Shown here in pieces: positions 53,351-64,000 of a stretch of DNA of 64,000 bases. This DNA comes from Lama glama (Eukaryota): assembly GCA_028534125.1 (NCBI GenBank), contig CM052817.1:69318001-69382000 (forward strand), given 5' to 3'. A program made the position numbers and the translations under genes. The notes beneath the pieces were generated by a model. That model was not told the DNA's origin, made no database searches, and saw nothing but the letters and a program-made list of their open reading frames with translations. The first letter of the stretch is position 1; each line of letters opens with the position of its first letter.

Positions 53351-53959
53351 AGTGGTGACAGCTAAGAATTAAAAGACAAGAATAAAAGGTAAATTTGTGA
53401 GACTGGGTTCTGGAGGGCATAGAGCTCAGGTGAATATGAAACTCTATTCATAAAAAAGTGTTTAGCTCTAATTAACAATGGGCAAAAGAGGGCAAAAGAC
53501 TTTATAATTACACAAAGAAATAAAAAATGACCTTGAACAGTTGGCCTCCATTTTTACTGAGAATGTTGCACAAGGAAACCTCAGCTGTAACAGAATCTTA
53601 AATTAGTTGGAGCAAAGGTGGAAACCAAAGCCCTTCTAGAGAAGTTTTTCTTCTAGAGGATCAGCTCACTGACCAGAAGACAGATGATAAGCCAGCTGTC
53701 TAGACTCTGTCTCTGCCTAGTAACCCTCAATTCTGTGCAAGGTGTCATGACTACTTTTGGAGATTCCTGAGTTCAGGGACTGTTCTTTACACTGTGCTAG
53801 GAAGAAGCAAATCTCATTATGATTACAAGCTCGTCCAGTCACCTAGTCCTCCACTTGGGGTTGGATATTTTACTGGGACACTGGAGGGGAGATGAAAACC
53901 ACATCCAGGTTGTAAAAGGGAGATAGAGAGAAAACAAGTATCTGCATGGTCTGCGCCTG

Positions 53960-54372
53960 CCTGTTCTTCAAGGTTCATCTGAACCATGTTTGCACATTTC
54001 CTGAATATTCCACTCTGCTCCTGCACAAGCCCCATTGCCCGTTTGCTCTCTATGCCTGAAAACTCTCCTCCCCACCCCTTCACTGAGTTAACCTCCATTC
54101 TGCCTTCAGAGGATGTAACTCAGATAGAATTCTCTCCTGATCCCAAACTTTATAAAATGTGTTCTTATATACTTTCTTAGGAGTACACTCTCTCCATTCA
54201 GAGCACTGAGCTCTGTTTGTATAACTGTGTGACTATCTGACAGACTAAAAGCATCAGGAGGGCAGGGGACTCTGGTTTTGCTCTCCATTGTATTCCCATT
54301 GCCGCACAAGTGCTTACCTCCTAGCAGGTGCTCACCATGTCTGGGTTGATTTGTGAGTGAATGCATGAATTG
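53960..54372 (+). mobile_element. L2 3' end
   Basis: ctctatgcctgaaaactct ... gagggcaggggactctgg ... tagcaggtgctca ... tgagtgaatgcatgaat. Confidence 0.75.
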
Positions 54373-57300
54373 AGTAATTAATTGTGGGGGTTTTTTTAAA
54401 GAAGGAAAGTTATTTTAATATTTCTAACTAATGCACATTAACTATTTCTAAACTATTTCAGGTGTTCTCCGTTTCCAGTGGGCAGATACGGTTTCAAAAG
54501 AGTCTTCTTCCATGTTTCTTCCCAATCTGCTTCCAGAAAGGGGCCAACAGATCACCCAGGAGGAGATGACATAGATCTGTCTCAATGATCACCTAGACTC
54601 AGGCTCCAACTTCTCCCTGAATCAGTGCCAGCTGTGGTGGTGGCTTTTGAGATGCACACGGCTTTCCTATGAGGTCATTACTGATGGAAACTATCAACAC
54701 CTCTGCCTCTTGGGGAGGGTAAGAAGTCAGCTCCATTCAAATAAGCATTCCTCAGGCCCCTGCCTTGGAAACACTCTCCACCTCCTAATGCAGATGTTTT
54801 AGTTTGGGGAACAGGATAAAGGATGACACTGAGGGGTGAAAATCAGAACAGACCCAATACAGCTGTATTGGGAAAGAAATCATGGAAGAGTTTCCAGGTA
54901 TCTTAATACTATTCTTTTTATCATCTCCTCCACTTAATTTAGTCAATCAATGAGATGCTGTTCCAAATAGGTGCCAGTCTAAACCAGGCAGTTATCAGGA
55001 AATGGTCATTCTATCTCTAATAGATTGAAAATTTCTAGATTATAAAATGTTTTTTTAAGCCGGCTAATGCTCTGATTCCAGTTTGCAAGACTGGTTTCTT
55101 TTACAAACCAGTCTCTGTGTAGTTCTAGATATTATCATTCTTGTGTGTCGACACAGACTAATTGTAAGCAAATGGATATATAAACCAAGATTACCAGACA
55201 ATACAAAATGCATAGGTGGTAAGAGGGAAATTCATTATGGAAAATATGAACAAAGAGCAAATTACTTTGGTTATTTGGCTATCTTATTTCCTCAGTGGGA
55301 AACTGATAATGGTCTCAGATAGCCTGCCTACACATGGGTTCCAATAAATGATTATATGGGAGATATCTGGCTTCATTCAACATTTACTGAATTCCCACTA
55401 TGTAGTAGGAACCACGCTCTGCCCAGAGATCTAAAATGGTATGTATGACATTCCCCGATCAAAAGGAGTTCACAGTCCAACAGAGTTGTTTGTCAAGTGG
55501 TGAGTGAGATGGTGGCTGCCTGGGTGAAAAAATGGCAAAGAAGATGATGTATTCCTTGAAATTATAGTTAACAAATTGTGTTTGGCAAAGAAATTCCAAG
55601 AATATTAACATAATTGGAGTGTTTATGAGAAGAAAAAGGCTCAAATTGCTGCAAGCAATTTTCAAGAAGCTGAGAAATAAAAGCTGGCATTGGGGGGAAT
55701 GTAGAATCTTAGAAACATTTGGAGGAACCCTTTGAAGTGTTAGTGAGTGGGGTTCTGGTTAATGTTTCCATAGCAAGGCTAAGGGCACAGATTATGAAGG
55801 CAGCATCAGGGAAACTAACACCTCAGTCACCTTCACACCCAAGTGCTCAAGAGCAGGCTGTAACCCAGGTAAGATCAGATGACACCACAGGTGTTTCTCC
55901 AGGGCCAGAAAACGCAGGATTCAAATGACAATTTAATTCTTTACCATTAATGTTTTCAAACAACACAACAGTATACAGATGTGACATTATTTCCTACTAT
56001 AAAGGGTAAAGAACACAAGTGAGGGGACAGGGAAAGAGCTTGTGAATGCATAGCGCTAACTCCTGCTCAAGAGAAAAATTGCACCACAGTGACAGGCCTG
56101 CTGTGCAAAAGCCCATTTAGCAAGAAAACCCAGACCTTCATTTCAAATTTTATCAGAAGCCACTGGTCCTAGAGCATCACTGGCGCCTACTGAATTTTCA
56201 CCAGGGACTTAACAGAAAACATCTGTTCTCTTACTTAAAAGGAAATCAATTGATTAAATCAACATTTGCTTTCTTTTTTCTATTAGAAGCATAGCTATTT
56301 CTCTCTTTTGTCTTTCCTGATTCATTTAATAACTTACTTCATTTGTTAGTTAAAATCTGAGGTAGAAGCATGTCTCTTTCTGTGCCTACATGGGGAAATT
56401 TCTTGCAGGTCAAGCTGAAATCATGTCGGAAATCCTTGGATATAAACAATTTGGTAAAGTAATGTTTCATATGTAAATTAAAGCTTCTATAACCACAAAA
56501 AATGACTTCAAGCAGCAAATACATGGGTGAATGTGAGTGAGTGTGTGTGTCTGTGTGCAAATACACAAAATCCTCACTGTCTTGAGAAAATCCTAACCAT
56601 AATATTGAACTTTCATGTTGAAATTTGACCTTGGTATTTAAACTCATTTCATAGTTTTTACAGAGGAGATTCCATAACATGAGTAGATCAGGTCTGTTTT
56701 AACTCAAGGTTTTTAACTTGAAAATGGAATGTTTGTGATGAAACTTCAGTGGCTGAAATCCACATTGCCTCCTCTGTTTTTCTGAGTCAACAGGACTACT
56801 CTTCTGTATCGGCACCCACTGAACAACGGCATCTGTATGAAGCAGCACTTCAGAGAACGAGACTAAAAATAGCAGCCAACTGGACAGTGTGGACGCAGCC
56901 TTCCCCAAGCATACCCTTGTCCGACATCTCTGACATGCCAAGTGCTGTTCTAAGCCCAGGGGACACAGGGATAGACGGCACAGTGTTTGCTATAATGGAT
57001 TTCACGATCTAATAGGGCAGGGAAATCAACCTCCAGCCACAATAGGCCGAGATAAAGGCTGTGCTGAGGGATCTATAAAGTGACAGGATAAAACAGAGGC
57101 AGGAGGGAATAACTCTGCCTTCACAGAAGTGAAGGGGGACTCAGGGAAGATTTCATAGACTTAAGCAAGAGCTCAGGAAGGATCAGCCCACTGCTCACGT
57201 ATTTCTCTGGCATATTTCTATAAACTTGGCAAGTCATTTCACTGCTCTGTTCTTCAGATTCTTTATCAACCAGCCAAGAGAATTCATGGTAAGTCATGCC

Positions 57301-59167
57301 CTATGTGTCTTTTAGTCTACCTCCCAAGCCTGGTGGTATATGTGGAAGAAGGTGACAGAGATGTGAATTTGGGGTTCAGGCTAGGATGAAAGGGGTGACA
57401 ACAAGCAGGAGTGAAAACAAAGACAGGAGGATGGCATCCCTAGGAGGGAAACAGAAGAGAAACAGTCCCACATGCCATGTTACCTCTTCTTCCTTTTACC
57501 ATCTTGGGTTTGTAGGTAGCGTCAAAACCAATGAACAGGAAAATGAAATAATATGAACAGTTATAAACCCCGTCTTGATCTTCATCAGTCAATAGGGCAT
57601 ATAATAAACACAATGTGTTAAAAGGAAGGACACAATCATAAGGCTCAGAAAATTGCATGTTACATAATAACATATTATATATATTACATATTACACTAAT
57701 ATTACACTAACATGTGGCAGAAGTGGGCAGGAAACACCAGGTTAGCAAGCAGACAAGAGGAGCAACCAGAAGTCTCTGAGAAAATGGGTGAATGATACTT
57801 AACTCACACAGTTGCTGTGGGGATAAAATAGAAGATGGATGTAAAACACATACACAGAATATTGCCTGGCACAGAGCTGGCATGCAGCAAAGAATTGATT
57901 TCATTGTTGTCATCTGCCACCACCTAAAAATATAGTTAATAAGATGGGAAAGGTCTTGTCCAGCCTATTGTCATCTGTAGAGACAAACAGATGATAAGTG
58001 AGACAGAAAGAGACCAAACACAAAAAAGTTTGCTGGGGCTGCCTCACTCTTCCTAGTGCCCCAAAGTGGATGACAACAACATGTGCCTCTCAGGAGGCCC
58101 CAGGGGACCAGCCACCATCCTAAGATTCTGACCTGGCAACATCTTTTGGTAGGTGTCATAATAAAAGAATAAAGAACAAAAACAACTGAGAAAGAAATAT
58201 GCCAAGAAAAATTTCACAAAAGGGAAAACATGAAGTGAAATGAGTCAACACATATGAAACTTATCAACCGCTGTACCTATGGCTACACATTGGCCAACTC
58301 TTAGGAGCACTGGTACTAAAAAGAGTAATGCATCAGTACTGATTCTTGCCCAGAAATAATATAAAACACAATGCAGAGACATACTGGCTTAATTTGCTGA
58401 AGGATCTTGGAACTAACACAGGAAAGAAAATAGTTGTTTCCCTCACTGGAATGCCCCCAAACTAGTGTGTGGTAAGTACACCACACCCTGGCACCTATCA
58501 CAGAACCTCTGGTCATCCCCACAGGGTGTGGGCTGACACTTGATATGTGCACAGCCAAACATGGGGATGCACATGACAGAGAAACGTAAGTGAAAGAAAT
58601 TCTGTTCTGCACATTGGTGTCCGAGGTGGAAGAGCCAGACCAAGAGTGAGATAAAGTACTATAATCTGACAAAGAAAGCCCAAGGCTTGGGATGCCATCA
58701 AAGCCAAGCACAGTAGGAGAGAAATTTCAGGCACATAATTCATACATGAAACTGGAAATTAAAAAAAGCTGGTTAGAGCCTCTGAAAACTGCCAAATCAC
58801 GAAATCTCGAGCCATTCAGAAAGTTCTTAATGAAGCCTCATCCAAAAGCAAGTCCTAAAACATATGGTCCAGTAAGCAGGTGATCTATTCAGCCAGCATA
58901 CATTAAGGAGCTATCATGTACTTAACCCATTGCTTAACCCTGGGAGACGAGCTTCTACCCTGAAGGAACTCCCAGTTCCTTAACATGGGAGACGAGAGAC
59001 CCACTTTCCACGGCCTGGGTGGTTTGGGTCAGGGATGTCCTTAGATTAAGTCATACAGTAGGGTACCCTCTTATAAGAGAAAAAATGGAGCTCAGAAATG
59101 AAAAATCAAAGGCAACACACACAGCTGAAGGGCTCAGGGAAAACTGCCAAGGAGAAGAAAAGATACA

Positions 59168-59525
59168 CAGTCGGCCCTCCTACCCCTGGGTTCTGCATCT
59201 GCGGGTTTCACAACCGTGGATTCAACCAACCGCAGATCAAAAATACTTGGAAAAAAAATCCCAGAAAGTTCCAAAAAGGAAAACTTGAATTTGCCTCAGG
59301 CCTAGCAACTATTTGCATAGCATTTACATTGTATTTACAGCTATTTACATAGCATTTACACCGTAATCGGTATTATAAGTAATCCAGAGACGATTTAACA
59401 TATATAGCAGGACGCACATAGGTTATAGGCAAATATTGCACTGTTTTATAAGGAACTTGAGCATCTGTGGACTTTAGTATCTGCAGGGGTCCTGGCACCA
59501 AACCCTGGTGGATAACGAGAGACTG
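59168..59525 (-). mobile_element. MER2/MER2B-like TcMar-Tigger MITE
   Basis: Ends cagtcggccctc ... gagagactg followed by TA. Internal ggattcaaccaaccgc and tattataagtaatccagaga. Confidence 0.88.
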
Positions 59526-60221
59526 TAATCTTTAAAAAGTTAAGTGTTGACATAACACGGTCCTGTAGTTCAAAGCTTCAAAATACTATAGAAAATTGTT
59601 CGGTAAATAAAAACCTCATCAAAGGAACTCACAGCCATCACCTCCTCTGGAAATGTGAGACCTCATGGGTGTGTTAATGCAGATATATAAATTACTCTTT
59701 CTTACCGACTTTCAGCTTCAATAAGAAATGCCGTACTAATATCACTAAGAATCATAGTTGGGAGAGAATTCTTCCTAATGAAACCTGCATACATGTTATC
59801 TGGATAGAAATATTTGCCAGAAAGTTGGGTGGGAGTTATTCTATCTCTTCTCCAAATTTAGTAAATTGGATCTCTGTTCAATTCATCAAAAAAAGGAAAA
59901 AAAAGAAAAGAAAAGAAAAAAAAGTGATTACAAAGGCAAAGATATTAAGAACAATGAGAATAATTGCCATTCCTCAAAAAAAAAATGCGAGAGGATTTTT
60001 TTTCTGTGTATTTCTACAAGTTAAGCAGAAGTTCAGGGTTTAAGAGATGACGGGAAGGTGTCCCTAGCATGACTAGTGAGGAGAAAGATGTGCTGGAACC
60101 AGTCCCAGGGAAAACAAGTGGTTGCAGGTTTAGCGGTTTACCTGGAGGGACAAAGGAATGTACTGAAATAGTCTAAGGAACATAATAGGGGAAGATAGGC
60201 TGATGAAAGTCCAGGTCCCAG

Positions 60222-60384
60222 CTTAGGAAAAAATTTACACAAAACGTTATGGTAATTAACAGAGAAAAAAATGTGACAATGAGTGTGTATATGTCCATGT
60301 ATGACTGAAAAATTGTGCTGAACACTGGAATTTGACACAACATTGTAAAATGATTATAAATCAATAAAAAATGTTTAAAAAAAA
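60222..60384 (+). mobile_element. Short young L1 3' end (same UTR type as 4790-7806)
   Basis: aaaaatgtgacaatga ... cactggaatttgacacaacattgtaaaatga ... tcaataaaaaatgtt closely matches 7690-7806. Confidence 0.92.
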
Positions 60385-61302
60385 AGTGTGGGAAAGGAGG
60401 AAATAAAGAGGCCTGTGGATACGTTCAGGAAAAAATAATAATCTTATTTTGAAACTAGTCGAAATACCTTGTTGCAGAAAGGAAAATAACTTATGAGAAT
60501 TATGTAAATGGCCCAGAATTAAGATTTGGGAGCCCCCCCCAAAAAGTACAGCATACAGTCTCTTTGAAATATATATTTTTTCATCTGTGTTAAAGCTGAA
60601 AAGTATTACTGAATATGTTTATGATGAAGTAAAAAAAATGAAAATTTTTTTGCCCATATGTTCATCTAGCATATCATCAGAATTTATAGTCTTTGTACTA
60701 AAATTCCTAGAAAACTATGGCATGCCACAAGCCAAGAAACATATTTCTGATTCGTTCTTTAGAATATGTAAATACATATGCACATGTACGGGGTCCACAT
60801 ATAATCATTTGGTGATGGGAAAATAAATGCTATGGGGAAGAAAGATTCTAAATTGGTTCTGAATGGGTTTGGACTTGGGAAAATAACCTAGAGATTAGGA
60901 TGGAAGTAGAGAGCTCCTCACGGACCTTTATCCACTGTTAGAATCTCAGAATTTTAAACTTCCCATGAGTCTTAAACATCATCTAGTCCAATCATTCCAA
61001 AATTGTGCTACAAGGAATTGCAAAAACCCAATAATATACCTCAGTGATCGATAACAAGTAAATGCCAAACAGACAAAAAAAGCTTTAAATTACCTAAGAA
61101 ATATGTCCATCATTTTTATTTTTGTGTTATAAGGTTTTATTTAAGATTCAACTTGATTTTTTTTAAAGAGTTCTGCAGCTCAATAAATAAGGAAATTCCC
61201 AGTTAGCCCAAGTCTCATTTGATGGGTCAAGAAACTTAGATCTAGAAAAATAAAAGAACCTCTTCTGAGTCTCAGTACAAGTTAATTGCATAGTTAGGAA
61301 CT

Positions 61303-61790
61303 TATCTTACTTTGGATTCTCAAACCAGATACTGAGACAAAGACTTGGTGCAGGTAATTTCTTTGGGAAGTGATCTTCAGAAACAAAGGGATATAATAAG
61401 GAAAGTGAGACAAGGAAGGAAAAAAAACCCAGTACAGGTTGTGTCGGCTATGGGCATAGCTCCATGGGTACCTGGGGCTCAGGCTTGCTGGGGACCCTCT
61501 TAGAAACAATCTAGAACATGCCTCTGAATATTCCCACCACAGCATTGGAAGACTGGGCATTGACCCACCATCTCCCATCCCCACGGGGCTGAGAATTGTC
61601 CACAGGATCCTTAACTCCCCTGCACTTCTGAGCAGCAGAAAAAGCTTCCAGGGTGCCTGTGAAAGTCTTCAGGTGTGTCGCAGAGAACAGGAGGTGAGAA
61701 GCAGTTAGCAGGCCAGAAGCTCCATCACAGCTGCAGGTGCACTCAGGTGTGCCCAGGGGAGATGGAGCAGCATCAGTAGCATCTATTACT
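61303..61790 (-). mobile_element. ERVL solo LTR (LTR16-like)
   Basis: ctgagacaaagacttggtgcaggtaattt ... ttaactcccctgcacttc ... gcatcagtagcatctattac. Confidence 0.75.
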
Positions 61791-63714
61791 GACTTGCACG
61801 GAGGTCCCCTCACTTCCAAAGCCATACCTCACTAATGTAACACAAAGGAAATGTGTTTATCCTGCAAAGCACTCTATTCTCTTCATCAAGCACTCCCTTT
61901 CTGATGAACTATTTGCAGACACAGTGACCAAAGCTACCAGCGCTTTCCAGGATGCCACAGAATAAGCATAACTTCACATACACTTTAGTTTCAGATAATT
62001 TTACTCTGTTTCAACTTCAGTCTGTTGAATGCTTCTCTGAAAGAGGGATCTAGGATTTCATCAAATGAAAGAGAATTAGGTGATAACAGGGATCCAGCCA
62101 GCACTCTTCTTCCAGTGGAATATTGTTCTATGACAGAGCCAAGGCAAAGGAGTTCTGAGAGTCCTCCAGGGGAAACGGGGCTGAAAAGCTCCCGTGTGAG
62201 CTGTGCGTGAGTCTAACCAAAGGCTGCAGTAGAGAATCCTCCAGGAAACCACAATTACTAGGGATAACAAAGTAAAGTAAAAGGCAGGGTGATTAGATGA
62301 GCAGATCCCTAATACTGAGAATGACGCAGACAGCTGTCATTTCCCTTGCTCACTTCATCTAAGATGCTGATTCTTTTACCATGACTGGGTGCTGATGCCC
62401 CGAAATATAACCACACAAACTTTTTTTGTCCTCCCACATATCTTCTTTTTCAGGACTTTTGAATTAGGTGCACAATTTTAAAATACTTCTTGGAAATATA
62501 CTTTCAAATTATTATACTTTAAATAAATTTCAGTTTGATTAAGTGATCATGAATTTTTATTACTGGTACTCTGCTGACATAAATATTTTAGAGGAATAAG
62601 GTTTATAGGATCCTTCTTCAATAATATGAATTACCTTAGGGTTCATACAGAAGATTCTTGTATTCTAATTAAATATGAACTTGTGGTACAAACTCTCATT
62701 CCCTTATATAAACTTATTCCTGAATATCCAGATTCACCTGTACAAAGCCCATCACAGAGGCTACCATGAAAACAGATATTTACCCTAAGCCAGACACTGT
62801 ACCATGCATGAGCTCTAGACGTTTGCTGAATTCAAAGAACTCACTGATATATAAGTATATTCAAACCCATATCAGTGTAACACATTTATTACCAGCTTCA
62901 ATATCAGAAGGCACAATGCTGCACTCTATAATGGATACAAAAATGCATCAGAAGTAATACTTGTCCTCAAGGAATTTACAGCCTAGTAAAACCAAAAGGA
63001 CTTTATATAAAATATAGTATGTTTTATTCCCTGGAGTATTATAAACAGTATAAGAGTTCAAATATAAAACTTTGTGATGTAAAATGAGAAACTAATCCTA
63101 TGGTGGAAAAAATGATAAAGCTAAAAAAAAAAAAGTAGAGTGCCTTGGAAAACTTGCAACGACGTCAAAATTCTCTGCAGTTGTGAATTTGTTTTGTTCT
63201 CTGGAAGACTGCTTGAGCCGCAGCACTATTTGGCTTTGTACATTTGACTTTCCCTTTGCCCCTATGGCTTCAGCTGTTTCTGTCTCTAGGCTTTAATGAC
63301 ATGTTAAGGCCTGAAGAACAGACTGGAGATTGGTCCAATTCACTTCAGGCTCACAGTCCACATTGACTTGTCCTGTCCTGTCTTCCTCGTTAGTCATAGA
63401 AAGCACTTACCTAAGTTCAATGTGTTTTAGGGCTAAAGAGGCACAGAGTCTGCACCAAGGGATGGGGTTAGATGCAGGGACAGAACAAGATTTTCTGTTT
63501 TGTTTTAACTACTACATGCCCAAAGGAATATTTATTTTTGCATTCTCCTCCTGTGAAAATTTTTCCTAAAGAAATACTCTGATAGTTTGGTGAAGAGATT
63601 TCAGAAATGCAGTTGAATCAAATGGAAAGTCCCTTAAACTTTATAGTGTAAAACAGCTAAAGAAAACATCATTCGAAAATGCCTATCTCGTAATGTGAAA
63701 GGAAATAAAATATT

Positions 63715-63940
63715 ATAATAATTAACATGTATTACAGCAGGCAGTGTACTAACCACTGTTCACGTATTACTTTTCTCAATCCTTAAAACCACCCAGTGAA
63801 ACAGTTACTCTTATAATTACTATGTGCCAACAAAGAAACTGAGGCTTGGAAAAATTTAAGTAGCTTGGTGAATGTTATGGGAAGCTGGGATTTAAATCCA
63901 GATCTGTCTTATCTTAACCTTGTAAACATAACCACTGCTA
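63715..63940 (-). mobile_element. MIR SINE
   Basis: aagaaactgaggcttgga ... agctgggatttaaatccagatctgtct ... taaccactg. Confidence 0.8.
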
Positions 63941-64000
63941 ATGGTTTAAAAATCCACGAATACTTTATGGTTAGTAAACTAGCAATTGGACTTAGGGAAT

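Noticed and set aside
1..64000. CRISPR arrays, operons, rRNA genes, CpG-island promoter, ERV internal genes
   Set aside because: The DNA is eukaryotic and repeat-rich. I saw no repeat-spacer array, no rRNA-like sequence and no CpG island. The LTRs appear solo, with no gag/pol/env frames.

Overview
AT-rich, CpG-poor mammalian genomic DNA, most likely camelid (alpaca/llama/camel). That inference rests on a tRNA-Ala-derived Vic-1-like SINE and the style of the young LINE-1 3' UTRs. The window looks like a deep intron or intergenic DNA. I recognise no host protein-coding exon. The only ORFs with recognisable homology are decayed LINE-1 ORF2/ORF1 pieces. A large part is transposon-derived: young L1s (several with readable target-site duplications, TSDs), old L1M/HAL1, L2, MIR, CR1/L3, MaLR/ERVL solo LTRs and MER5A/MER94/MER2-type DNA transposons. 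There is one 500-N assembly gap. The most interesting observations are a doubly nested retro-insertion containing a tiny polyadenylated non-L1 tag (1449-1795), a fold-back MLT1 junction (44342-44706), CTCF motifs (one LTR-donated), and a speculative in-frame chain of minus-strand mini-exons. I found no convincing novel multi-gene system. Repeat subfamily names come from recalled consensus sequences, not a search, and old-repeat boundaries are approximate.
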